Below, piece by piece: positions 12,688-25,006 of a DNA stretch of 64,000 nt (the first letter of the stretch is position 1; the number at the start of each line of letters is the position of its first letter). Position numbers and translations under genes: made by a program. The DNA comes from Monocercomonoides exilis PA203. Lineage: Eukaryota; Protista; Preaxostyla. The notes beneath the pieces were generated by a model. The model was given only the letters and a program-made list of their open reading frames with translations. It had not been told where the DNA came from and searched no databases. The DNA is taken from assembly GCA_001643675.2 (NCBI GenBank), contig LSRY02000041.1, forward strand, positions 434,001-498,000, written 5' to 3'.

Positions 12688-13789
12688 TTATAAAAGGATC
12701 TTTCATTCATCTTCTTAATCAACATTTGTTCTTGTTCTTTCATGTGTATTCATCACTTTTGTTTCTTTTTCATCAATTTCTCATGTGATTTTTCATATAA
12801 TAATTCATATCTTTTTATGCACTTTTTCAGTCAAATGCAGAATATGCAATTAAATTATTTCCCAGGAATTTTAAAGAATAAATGCTTCAGAATTTCTGAT
12901 GAACAGAACATTTTGAATCTTTTAATAATTTTTTGCAAATCTTTAAAAATGAAAAATCACATGTTATTCAGTTTGAATAGATGGAATGGAGATAATATCG
13001 TTTCATGGTTTTCAAAACAATGAAATGAATAAGAAATTTGTTTGATTTTCAATTAAGAAAGAATATTTTCGTTCTCCAGAATCCATTGAAAGTTGAATAA
13101 AACAAATGTCGTTTCATAAGAATAAAATTAAAAGCAGAAAAGGGAAAACATTGTTCATCTCCATTCCCTTCACATAATATTTTCAGCGGGACAATGGAAT
13201 TTGTTTCATATTAATATATTTATCGCTTTAATCTTGGGCTTGATTAAAAAGTGAATTAAAAAGAATGAATTTTGAAGAATGAGCCCATGAGTAGCTTGCA
13301 AAGAAAATGAATATTATGAAATGTTGAAAGGAAATGAACAACTTTGAGAGGAAATTGAGGGAGATCAGGCAAAGATACAGAATAATAATGAAAAATGATT
13401 GCTGAACGAAGAAATACTTATTTCTGTGACAACAAAGCAGCTGAAGAGGAAAAAAGAGTGGAAAACAGGGAGGAAAAATAATTGGAGCAGAAATGTTTGG
13501 TTTTTCAATCCTGAAAGATGATCAAAGAGTTTAACCAAACATCTTCAACAATGAAAAAACACAGATGAAAACAGAAAAAGAAAGAAGAAAGAAGAAAGAA
13601 GAAATACGAAAGGAATTAAGAGAAAAGCAAAGAATGAAAACAAAAAAGAGGAAGAAAAGAATGAAAAGATAAGAGCATTCATTTCTGATTGAAAGAAGAA
13701 ACAAAAATGAGAAAATGAGAATGGTCTCATTATTTCAATTTATAATTCGATCGAGTCCATTTTGAATAATATTTTTGTATTTGTTAACT

Positions 13790-14330
13790 CTTTGCAACAT
13801 TTTCAGTTGTTTTCGACTCCATCACTCTGATCACCAAAGAAAAGATGTTTCAATTACACTGAAGAATGATGAAATTGAAGCAGTGGTGAGAATGTGAGTG
13901 ATTTTTGTGCAAGATGTGAAAAGGAAATAATTGGAGTGAGAAAGAATGAGGAATTGAAGAGTGAAAGGGAAATGTTTTGAAAAAGGGAAATGAAGTCGAT
14001 GGAGGCATATTCGATGGTGGCTCATGGGTTCTGTTCGTGCCTGTCACATGAATCAGCATCACTTCCATTGTTAGCATCGATCATGTTCTGAGCGATTAGA
14101 GAGAGCCATTACACACATCAATGTCTGTTTGTTTATTATTCCATATTATTTGTGTTGGAACGGTTGAACGTCATAAGTTGAATGGAGACTGCGTGGCACA
14201 AGTTCCATTGGAAAATGAACGTTTTTCTCTGACGTTTGCTTTTAACACCATGGAAGAAGCAGAAAGTGAATCCATTTTTTACATTTTCATAAGTGATGAA
14301 TCTTATAAGTGACAATTTGATTATCACGGA
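13790..14330 (-). pseudogene. Decayed fragment of an adhesin-like surface-protein gene, paralogous to 18380-19987
   Basis: Minus strand reads LIAQNMIDANNGSDADSCDRHEQNP*ATIEYASIDFISL vs LIAQNKIVSSSGTDADACGRPQQTPCATIEYALNGFISL in ORF 18230-19198. Confidence 0.7.
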
Positions 14331-14578
14331 ACATTTTTAATTTTTTTAATAAAAAGGAAACCTTAACATAAGGTGAAAGGTTTTGATCTCATGTGTTTGA
14401 TTTTATAATTGCTGCCACGAAAATACATTGAAAGAATGAAATGATTTGCTTCAATTAAGTGAAGCACATTTGAAAATTAAAAGCTGGAAAACAACTCATT
14501 GACAATTTCAAAACAATGACTGACATCAAACAAAAAACATAACCTTTCCATTTCAAGACATTTGGGACTAAACATGTT

Positions 14579-16376
14579 TTATGAAAACTCAATATTTTTA
14601 GTGCCTGAAACCTTTTTGGGGCCAGTTGGCTTCTTAATTTTGTCTAATCTGAGCACTTTCACACGCAATCTTGCAGAATGGAATATCATCTGCAATAAAA
14701 AGTTTAATCAAAATAAATGTAAAAATAAAATTGTGATGAAAAAAATATAAAATGCAAAGATAATGTTTTTTTAAAAATATAATAATAATAGAAAGAAAAA
14801 AACAATTATATAAAGAAAGAAAGAAAGAAAATAATAAATAAATAGAAAATAAAATTATTGAAATATGTTTCAAATAAGCCATAAAGTTTTCGCTATAAGG
14901 AAACAAAACAGTTTTCAAAAACAATAACTTTTTTTTTCACACCTGAAATTGTACACATTTTGGCAGCTTTGTAAACACAATGGCTTGCTTTTTCCGATCA
15001 ACAAAAAATGATTCAGTTTTCTTCTTTGTGTTGACTTCGCAAGCGACTTGTGCTCCATCTCGATTCCAAGCATCAACGAAAATTGGTGCTTGGTCAAAAC
15101 CCAAGCTGGAATGCCTAACTTGTCCGTCTGAATTAATTCCTGCTGGGGTTCCTAGAGAACTATTGTGCGCCGGTGCTGATCCAAACGAAGGAAAACTAGA
15201 AGTCGATAACCAGCCTGGAGAAGGAGCAAATGAGGTAAACATTGATATTCCGAAACCTTTGCTCCCGGACTTTTTTGGCATCAGCGAAGGATCGCGCTTC
15301 TTGATGGCACTCTCCATGTTGCTCTCGCTCACTTGCAGCTCAGCAAAACCGCGGGACGACGGATTGGCCTCTTCCACAAGCAGATCCACCCGCCAAATGC
15401 CTTTGTTGAATGGATTGCCCAAACAAACAGGCATAGTCGATGAAGAATTCACACGAATAAGGCGCTCATTCTGCAACAACTGAATATCAAATTCAAATGA
15501 TGATTAATTCCCAATTGTCTCTTCTACGAGAAAATGAAGTGGTCCTCTCATTTCTAACAAATAAAGAAAGAAAAATGAAATATTTCAAAAAAAAAAAAAA
15601 AATCAATTAATCAATAAGTTAATAACAAAACACATTACATGTAAAATATCTGAAATTCAATAATTATAAATAAAGAATGCAAACTTCCCTTCACTGGCTT
15701 TTTGTTTTCTTTATATCCTTCTTTTCCTTTTCCTCCCTCTGACGATGACGACGATGATGATGAATCAGAGCCGCTTTCATTTTCAGATGCCTCTGAGTCA
15801 TCTGATCCCTCATCGCTGTCAGAATCGTTATCATAGTCGCTGCCACTCTCACTTTTCTTTTTCCCTTTTTCATCTCCTTCTTTTTGCGATTTCTCTCCAT
15901 CTTCAATCAGTCTGGCTGGCGTTCCGATAAAAGGGCTCGATTCATCAGAGGGATTAAATGGAGGCATCAATAAAGGATCCCCAAATGAAGAAGACGGAAA
16001 TCCTGGTGCAGGAAATCCTGGTGGAGCCATGCTTGACACAGAAAATGAAGGCTCCTCAGAAAAGGGCCCAGCTAAAGAGATTCCAGGCGAAAAAGGACCA
16101 GCTGTGGAAAGTCCAGTTGGCAACATCGGCCCAGGCCCTTGCATCGCACTTCCAAACGAAGGCGGGAACTTCGCAGGGCCACAAAAAATCCCCGAACTCT
16201 CCATCGGTGCTAATGAAGATGTGAATGGCTTTGGAGCAGACTTGTCAGCGCCTAAAGAGCTTGATGCTTTCGAAGAAAACGCTGATGGAACAGAAAATTT
16301 CCCATCTGCTTGACTCGAAGTTCTTGCCTTCCCAAAAGCAAAAGGTGGCTCACCTTTTTTTCTTTGGCAAACCGCT
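14579..16376 (-). pseudogene. Spliced gene: Pro/Phe/Ser-rich and acidic N-terminal region plus C-terminal SPRY/B30.2-like domain; probably disrupted by an in-frame TAA near 15505
   Basis: Exons about 16376-15686, 15555-14943 and 14689-14579 with GT/AG boundaries. The segment GNPFNKGIWRVDLLV...WNRDGAQVACEVNTKKKTESFFVDRKKQAIVFTKLP resembles SPRY-like domains. GGG AAT TAA TCA lies in frame. An upstream piece at 16440-16710 may be a further exon. Confidence 0.55.
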
Positions 16377-17020
16377 TAAAGCTAAAAAAATAACAACAAC
16401 AAAACGATAATAGATTTTGACATTTTATTTTCAAAATTGTTATTGAAAATTTGAAGACAAGCCATATTCGGCGATAACTTCTTCAGCAATTTTGGATGCA
16501 GCTCCTTCGCTCATTCCATATTCTTCCTTCAGAATACCCTCGATTTCTTCTTTCATCGTTCCACGCACAATTCCACAGAGAAGATTTGCTGTTTCTTTCA
16601 TTAAATCAAACAGCTCATCTTTCTTTTCTTCGCTAACTCTACTTGCATGCACGCCTAATTCACTTTATGTTTCATCCCTCGATAGTTTACGAATTTTCCC
16701 CCAAACTTAAATTGCTCATCATTTTTTCTTTTCTTTTTTTTGAAAAGATCAGAACCTTATTATTATTTTTTCATTATTTCCTTCCTTCAAAAATAAACGA
16801 AAATTTCTCTTTCTTGCATGAGTGATTGTTTGAATGCATTTTTAAACAATGTGAAAGATAAAGATGAAGTTGATTATCAAATTGATTCTTTGATTTTTCA
16901 CCTGAAATTGTGAAGAGATAGGGTTATTATTTTTCCTCGACCTTTTTTTTTTATCAAGACCTTTTTTTTTAATTAATCGTTAATTTTTCCCACAATTTCA
17001 TATTTTTAAAGTATTTTAAG

Positions 17021-20000
17021 TAAACCTGTGTGACGTAATGACAAATGACGTGAAATTTTTCATTTCTGACGGACTTAACGAAAACTTTCACGTCAATAGT
17101 TTATTATCGTTATTTCAGAAGAAATAAAACGAAAAGGAATTGTCAACTTTATTCTTTTCATTTTCATATAATTTTTTAACATTAAAAAATTCACTTTCAC
17201 ATTGTTTTATTTTTTTTATGCAAAATTCAAAATATTTATTTCAATGGGATACTGACGAAAAGGCAAAAAAGGAATTTCAGATCGTCATTGACCGTCATGC
17301 CCGTCATGTCAAGTCAGAGTCTCCATGAGTTAATCAAAAAAGCAAATTTTAACTCTTTGGCAAAAGAGTTGCATTTGTCTTTGTCTCCAATAAAATGGTT
17401 TGAGATATAAAGTTTTTTTTGAGCTTTTGTCAAGATAATATTGCTGAAATCAAAATAGATTGTCTATTGTGAAGAACAAATGAAGAAAATATCACTGCGA
17501 GTCAATTCAATAAAACATCCAGCTCGAAGTTTCATTTGCAAATGATTTATTTGTTCAAATGAAGTGATTTTCACGAACTGGTTTTCAGAAGTTAATAAAG
17601 AACATCACCTTACGCATTTCATTTCTTCAGAATATTCGCTCCTCGTTGTTTGTTTTCGTCTCTTCGTTTCATAAACAAATATAATGAAAATTCAACATCG
17701 ATAAATTTATCTTCAAAGAATATTGATTTCGAATTTTTCATTCAACCATCTCTTCTGACAATGCAAATTTGCATTTATCCATTTCATCAACCGACAAGAA
17801 ACATCAATCTTCTTCGACTTTGCCACCGGAGAAATTGGTTATTATTTCTCTGAAATTCCAGCTGAACAACCGACTTATGAATTTTTCACTGAAAACAATA
17901 AGACAGAAGCAATTTCTTTGAATAATGCTGATATTTATTATAATGTTGTTGAAAATAATGAAATGGAAAAATAGAAATTTTTTGTACATTTTTTTAAAGC
18001 GCACGTATAGGACGGAGATTAGCAATATATGCCTTCATAGCTTTCTAGGGCTTTTTCGCTCTTTGCATGTTCGCGAGTTAGGTTTGGGTAATCACTTGAA
18101 TGCATCATATATATGAAGATGAAAGACATTGAATGATTATTGACAGTTGATTAATAGAAGATAAAAATATTTTTTAAAAAATATTCTATTCATACACTTG
18201 ATAATTATTATTCTTTGATCCATATCACATCATATAGAAAGAAAAATATTATAAGAAATATTTGGAGACTGTTTATCTTTGTTGTTATTCGGATAAAATG
18301 AAATGAACGAAGAATTAACCTCAAAAATTGTTGAAAAAGCATTATATTCGCTAAGTGGCTTTTGTTTACAACGAAATCGCAGAGAGTTGGAGGAGTTGAG
18401 TGTGAGGGAGTTTGTGAGGGAGGTGAGGTGGAAGATGCTTTGACTGTTGAGGGCGAGACTGGTGATTGCTGTGTGGTTGAGGGCGAGGGAGCCAGCAGTG
18501 AGGAAGAAGAGGGGGGTTGTGATTGATGATGAAGATGAGGTTGCTCCGGTGATGGTTGTTGTGTTGAGATTGAGGGAAGGGGAGTTATTGGAGAGGTGGA
18601 AGAGGATGGGGGCGATGGGGTTTGAGGAGTTGTGGGCGATGGTGAGGGCTGAAACTGTGAGGGAGCCCTGAGTTTGTTGGAAGAGGGCAGACGAGGCAGA
18701 TGGATCTGGTGAATAAGATGTTGATAAAGGAAATGAAGAAGAAGAAGCTGGTTGGGAAATGCCACTGGAGGTGATAGTGGTGGCATCTGTTCCGTTTCCT
18801 GTGATTTTTGTATCAATTGCATTGAAAGTGAGTGTTTGAAGAGGAACAAATGTTGAGGTGAGGAGGGTGAGAGAGGCGTCGTGGAGGAGGGAAATGAAGC
18901 CGTTGAGGGCATACTCGATGGTGGCACATGGGGTCTGTTGGGGTCTGCCACAGGCATCAGCATCAGTTCCGCTGCTAGAAACGATTTTGTTCTGGGCGAT
19001 GAGAGGGAGCCAGCCATTATACACAGCGTTATCAGCTGTATTGCTGTTCCACACTCTTTTTGTTGTGGTTGCTGATCCACAATTCTCAAATGGAGATTGG
19101 GTGATTGCATTACCACTGAAGAACACATCATTCCCCCTGCCGTTTGTTGCTGTGTTTCCATCGAAGAAACAGAAAGTGATGAATTTCATTCCATTCATCC
19201 AAGAGTAAGTTCCATCAAAGTATATTCCTGCTCCGCCATAAGTGGAAGAGGCAGTCAGATTGTTACTGATGAACTGACACTCAATGATTGAAAACTGACT
19301 TGGTTTATTTTGTGGAGGCCAATGAAATGTGAGAGAGCCAGCAGAATCACCACCAGAATTTGCGATACACTAACATTTGGAAAACAGGAATTGAGCATCT
19401 GAGGGTATGTAATAGAGGGAAAAGTACCAACCAGTTCCACACCAATCTGTTATTGAGCAACTTTCCACTCTGTTATCTGAGAATGTCCAAACAGAATAAG
19501 GTTGATTGCAATACAAATAAGCAGCTCCTTCATGCAGAGCGGTGCAAGTGGTGAAATTGGATTTTGCTATATTAACATTTAGCAGATATAAGCAATCAAA
19601 CGCTCCGGCATGATCGCTGGTCGAACAGTTGAAATATAAACATAAAGCAATTAACAGATATGCATTTGCCCATTCAACACAAAGTGCTCTTCCACAACTT
19701 GACCCTCCGTTTGAATCATTCCTTTCACACCATTAAAAACGATGACTGTTTAAATCGAATAAAATTAATTATCCTGGTGTTTATCTTTGAGTTTCTGTTC
19801 TTACATGCACCACAGCAGCATTTGATGAAGTGCATGTCTGAAAAATGAAGTTGTTTGTTTTAAATTGAAGGTTGAATCGATGAAAGAGCGTGGGGACAGG
19901 AAAGGATGCGGAGGTAATGATGAAAAAGAGAAATCTTTTAAAATATTCTTTGAAAAAATTCAACAAACATTCAAACATAAGAGGCATCAGTGATTGTCTA

Positions 20001-20368
20001 AAATAAGCAATAAAGAAATGAAATACTTGAGAATAGTGGGCAGAAATATGAAAATTTGATTGAAAAAAGAAAAAACATCAAAATGAAAAATCAGAGAGTT
20101 TTAAATAATATTAAACCGTATAAGTGCTAGATACATCAATCGTTATGTGAAAAGTAGTGCAGTGACACATTATGAACATTATTGTGCAAATGAGGTATTG
20201 GATCTCTGATTAAAAGCAACTCATTCTTAATTTAAAATTGAAATCGATTTATGGGAAAAAGAAAATCAAATCAAAAATTGTTCCTTTCAAAAATTATTTC
20301 AAATAAACTTTTTATTCAAAAATAAAAAATGTTAACTATAAATAATTTGAAATCATTTTTCTTTATAG

Positions 20369-20424
<56 letters not shown>

Positions 20425-20489
20425 ACTGACGTGACCAAAATTCACTGACGGACGTGAAGACAAAAATTTCATCACGTCACACAGGTTTA
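17021..20489. mobile_element. Non-autonomous hAT-type element carrying the 5' part of a host surface-protein gene
   Basis: Perfect 16-bp TIR TAAACCTGTGTGACGT (17021-17036 / 20474-20489). Perfect 8-bp TSD ATTTTAAG (17013-17020, 20490-20497). TGACG subterminal repeats. Poly(A) at 20369-20422. Confidence 0.92.
18380..19987 (-). pseudogene. Truncated, frameshifted adhesin-like/beta-helix surface-protein gene fragment (hAT cargo)
   Basis: ORF 18230-19198 has CFFDGNTATNGRGNDVFF, CGRPQQTPCATIEYAL and Thr/Ser/Leu beta-strand repeats. Upstream pieces are in other frames. Similarity stops abruptly near 18380. Confidence 0.72.
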
Positions 20490-20568
20490 ATTTTAAGTAT
20501 ATACATGAATTCAATAGATAAAAATAAATACATTTTGAAACAAACCCAATTTCGTATGGAGAGAGATA

Positions 20569-20964
20569 CAGATATCGCATTAAATACCGGACGTCGCACT
20601 AAATACCGGACAAGATCGATATCTCAATAACCACAAGAGGAATAATTCTGACAATTTTCCTCAAAATATATCTCATCAATACAAATTCATTTGAAATTTA
20701 AAACTTTCAAAAAATTCATCGTTTATGCTCAGATATAATTTTATTTGATTCTCGGAAAAATAGGATTTTAAGTTTCTCCGAGATTTCAAAAATAATTTTC
20801 TCTGAGCACAAATGAAGCTATTTTGAAGGTTTTGTATATCAAATGAGTTTGTATTGATGAGATATATTTTGAGGAAAATTGTTAGAATAATTCCTCTTGC
20901 AGTTGTTGAGATATCGATCTTGTCCGGTATTTTGTGAGATGTCCGGTATTTAATGCGATATCTG
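20569..20964. mobile_element. 396-bp almost fully palindromic MITE (Tc1/mariner-type, TA TSD)
   Basis: TA|CAGATATCGCATTAAATACCGGAC ... GTCCGGTATTTAATGCGATATCTG|TA, with inverted similarity continuing to the centre (~20765). Confidence 0.92.
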
Positions 20965-21192
20965 TAAGTAGGTTCAGTCATTCTTTGAACTCCTGTGTGA
21001 AATTGGATGGAAACATAAGAATAAAACCTTCAATTTGTTTAAAATGTTATTTTTTGTTTTTTTTTCATTTCATTTCAAAAAAAAAAAAATAAATAAATAA
21101 ATTATTATAATCATAAAAATATAAAAAAAATAATAATAAAAATTTCAAAAGAAATCAAATTAAAAGAAGGACAGAAAAAATTACAGAGAGCA

Positions 21193-22730
21193 ATGTCTTC
21201 GCGCAAGTGTAGAAAATACAACAGTCAGTTGGAGCGAATGTCTCACATCGTTGTAGATGGAGTTGTACGAATTGCAGATGATATTAATTCCAAGGAATTA
21301 AGCCGAACAGGTATCAAAAATGCAGTTAGACCTCTCAGAAAAAGAAGGCTGGTTGGAAAAATTGGCAGACCTGCAGCTGTTGTTAGCGAAAAAAAAACAA
21401 AGAGTTTTAGACATTATTCACATTGAAGCAAAGTCTGGAACATGTCTCACTTAAAAAAAACTAGAGAATTGGTTTGTTTAATTTTTATTAATATGTTTTA
21501 ATCATTTGTTTTTCAGATAGAAAATGTTATAAACGACAACGATGATGAAGACGCACCATTTTCCGAAGTTTCAATGTCAGCCACGTATGGCTTTGTCAAG
21601 CGTCATCCTGAGCTGATGACTGGAACGCCGAAGAATTTGGACATCAACAGACTGGATGTATCATGCAGAATTTTTTTTTAAAACCCTGGCATAAAACACT
21701 CGACGAGCTGCATGAAAAGTTCCATTACAACCCAGCTTTAATTATTAACATTGACGAATCTTCAACGAGCGTTCCCACAGACTCAAAACGGCTTGTTGTG
21801 CATACTGCAGATACAAAAGCAGGTTTTTCGAAGGAACCACCAAGAATGATAAATTCTACATTCGTGGCAGCTGTTGCAGCTGACGGATATGCCTTTCCTT
21901 CTGTCATTTTGTGGCCAAGTGCAAAGCTGCCAGAAGAGCTGAAAAGCCTATTATCTCCAGCGCTTGAGATTTGGGCAAATGGAAGCGGCTGGATGGACAA
22001 TGAATGCTTTGAAAGATATGCTCTCTCCATTCTTCCAACTTCGATCATCGAAAGAAGAAAGCGCATGTCACTTGAAAACAAACACATTCTCATCCTTCTT
22101 GATTCCCAAGCTTCTCTTGCAAATGCATCGATCAGGCGAGAATTCCAAAAACAACAAGTCGACGTTTTAACCTTCGTGCCATACAGCACACACATCTGTT
22201 AACCTCTTCACAGAGGAGTGCTTGTCGTATTCAAATCTGAACTGACAAACAGATTTGAGGCTCCATCTTCTTCTTCATCTTCCTCCAAACGAGCAGCAAT
22301 TTCCGACGCTCTGCCTCAAGCCATCCACACTGCATTATCACCTTCTGTAATTCAGAAAGCTTTCGTCTGCAGTGGTGTTCCGCACAATTCTTCCTGGCCA
22401 GTTCTTTTGAAACTGCCCGAATCTTCAATTTACCCTCTTCCATCCCGAAGAAACAGATTCAACTTTCATGGAAAAGTGATAACTTACGAAAACCTATTTG
22501 AGAAATGGGAAAATCATTTAAAAATGAATATTGAAAGGAAAAATGAAATGGATGAAAAGGAGAAAGAAGAAGTGAAGACTGTTGTGGATGAAAAGAAAAA
22601 AATAAAAAGAAGATTTCTTCATGTAAAAAACGATGATTCTGATGAAGAAAAGAAAGATCATTCATTAAATCGAGGTGAAGGAAAAAGGAAAGTTATTAGA
22701 AGAATTAATTCTGGTTTTGTTTTCTTTTAA
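21193..22730 (+). pseudogene. pogo-like DDE_1 transposase (DD35D spacing), decayed, with an intron at about 21472-21517
   Basis: NIDES (D1), FVAAVAADG, SGWMDNECF, LLDSQAS (D2), TFVPYSTHIC*PLHRG (D3 replaced by H). In-frame TAA at 22200-22202 and frameshifts. Confidence 0.88.
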
Positions 22731-23607
22731 TCATGTTGTTTTTTTTAATTTTTTTCACTTCATTTTTTTGGGTCAGAATAAAGAAAAAGGGTCAGGATAA
22801 AATAATAACCCTATTTCATCTAACGACAAAAAAGAAGCTTGTAAAATTTTTCTTTTTCAGACGTTTATCTTCTGACTTTTGTAACTTTTTTTTGGCAAAA
22901 ACAAATCATTGAATCATTCTCTTTAATACAACCCTCCTAATCTCACATTAAAAAGAAAAATGCACATCACAATGTGCCCCATTCACTTTCGTTTTCTTCA
23001 ATCATCTCATTCATCCTTCCATCTTTCAATTTCTTTCTCAATTATTTCCCACATTTCCTCATTTCTCACAAAATGGATATATATTCCTTTCTGCAAAACT
23101 ATCTTATTCATTGTTGTTTCGGTTAACACAACTTTTGAAAGCAGTTCTAAAATTTTCGAAATTATTATTCAGATTTTCAGAACAAATTATTTAGCCAGGT
23201 TTGATGCCTTATTTCATTGGTAAAGGATGTTATCTCTGATGAAGTTTCACAAATCCAATATTTTTCCCATTCCTTCCGTTTTCAAAGTTGTTAGCAGCTG
23301 ATTCGCCAATCATTCCTTCCTATATTCTTTTTTAATCAAAAAATGCAACAGTTTCCAATCCTTCTGAAAAAGTGAGATTCAAATTTTCTCTTCAAGTTCA
23401 TCAAGTTTTGTTAAAAGCATTGTTTTGGGGAAAAAAAAACATAAACATTGCGAAAATTTTTTCATTAAATAAAAGAATTATATTTTCCATCTCTTGTATT
23501 CTCTATATTTTGAAATTTTTTTTAAATAAAATTTTCGATTTTGATGAATTTTTTGAGAAAAAAATGAGAAATAAATACTGCTTTTTCATTTTTTCACAAA
23601 TGAAATA

Positions 23608-24667
23608 GGGTAATTTATAAACGCGGACTTTTTTAAAAACCCGGACTTTTTTTAAAATTCATATTTCTTAACGAGTTTCAAAAACAAAATTATAATAATT
23701 TACACAATTATGCATTAGTGTATAACACATCTAACTATATACAAATTTTTACAAATTGTGTTATTTATTTTTAGAAATAAATAATTTTTATTTTTGAAAA
23801 TCTGACTTTTGATGAATTTTTCTATTTTAATAAAACGATTCAGCTCATCTTTTATGCACACAACTTATTTTTTCTATGTTATTAACAATTCTGGTTATTT
23901 TTTATTTTCGCTTATTTGCTCTTTCCAAATGAATGAAAATCTGTCATTTTTGAAAAATCATTGTCAATGGGACAACTTTAAAAATATTTTTGACGAAACT
24001 GAAAAGCATATAACTGAAACCAACGATTGCATTAATTAACATAATAGTTAAATAAAATTACCACAAAGTAATAATTAAAAATGATTCAGTAAATATTTCA
24101 ATAAACAATTATTATTCGAATTTCAATGAAATTGAATAATAAAAATCATCAATTATGAAAACAAATGATGCTTATGAAATCTCCACTGAATCATTTTTAA
24201 TTATAACTTTGTGGTAATTTTATTTAACTATTATGTTAATTAATGCAATCGTTGGTTTCAGTTATATGCTTTTCAGTTTCGTCAAAAATATTTTTAAAGT
24301 TGTCCCATTGACAATGATTTTTCAAAAATGACAGATTTTCATTCATTTGGAAAGAGCAAATAAGCGAAAATAAAAAATAACCAGAATTGTTAATAACATA
24401 GAAAAAATAAGTTGTGTGCATAAAAGATGAGCTGAATCGTTTTATTAAAATAGAAAAATTCATCAAAAGTCAGATTTTCAAAAATAAAAATTATTTATTT
24501 CTAAAAATAAATAACACAATTTGTAAAAATTTGTATATAGTTAGATGTGTTATACACTAATGCATAATTGTGTAAATTATTATAATTTTGTTTTTGAAAC
24601 TCGTTAAGAAATATGAATTTTAAAAAAAGTCCGGGTTTTTAAAAAAGTCCGCGTTTATAAATCACCC
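23608..24667. mobile_element. 1060-bp foldback/MITE with ~483-bp near-identical inverted arms, GGG ends and TA TSD
   Basis: 23608-24090 is the revcomp of 24185-24667 (2 mismatches seen). TA|GGGTAATTT...AAATCACCC|TA. This explains the identical ORFs 23809-24039(+) and 24236-24466(-). Confidence 0.93.
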
Positions 24668-25006
24668 TATTCTTTTTCCCATTCCTTTTTCTCCAAATAT
24701 AAATAACATAAGTTATTCCTTTTCAAAAATTCTCATTAATAATTTTTATTGAAGTATTAAAATATAAAAGAAAGCTTATAATTATTTTAAAAAAAAGGAT
24801 GAAATATCACCAACTGTATTTTTTCAAACAAAAACTTGAAGTGAAAAATGTTTTGAAGTGAAAACTAAAAAAGAATGAATTGAATTCTATTTGAGAGATA
24901 AAGGGAAATTGCTGAGAAGTTATTGACTGAATCAATAATCTTATTCATCAGGGATTTCCTTTCATTCGTAAATTAATCAGAAAATTTCAATGAACAACAA
25001 AAGAAT

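Larger units (their letters stand above)
16921..22811 (+). mobile_element. pogo-like DDE transposon with GGG-starting TIRs, containing a nested hAT and a MITE
   Basis: Imperfect ~40-bp TIRs GGGTTATTATTTTTCCTCGACC.. vs revcomp GGGTTATTATTTTATCCTGACC.. with TA on both sides (16919-16920, 22812-22813). Encloses transposase 21193-22730. Confidence 0.78.

Noticed and set aside
22850-23600. Coding-like remnants here and at 8880-9700 and 17340-17900
   Set aside because: No recognisable motif or sustained frame; no call can be supported.
23809-24466. Two identical 76-aa ORFs on opposite strands
   Set aside because: Consequence of the foldback arms; TTG start, AT-rich, no motif.
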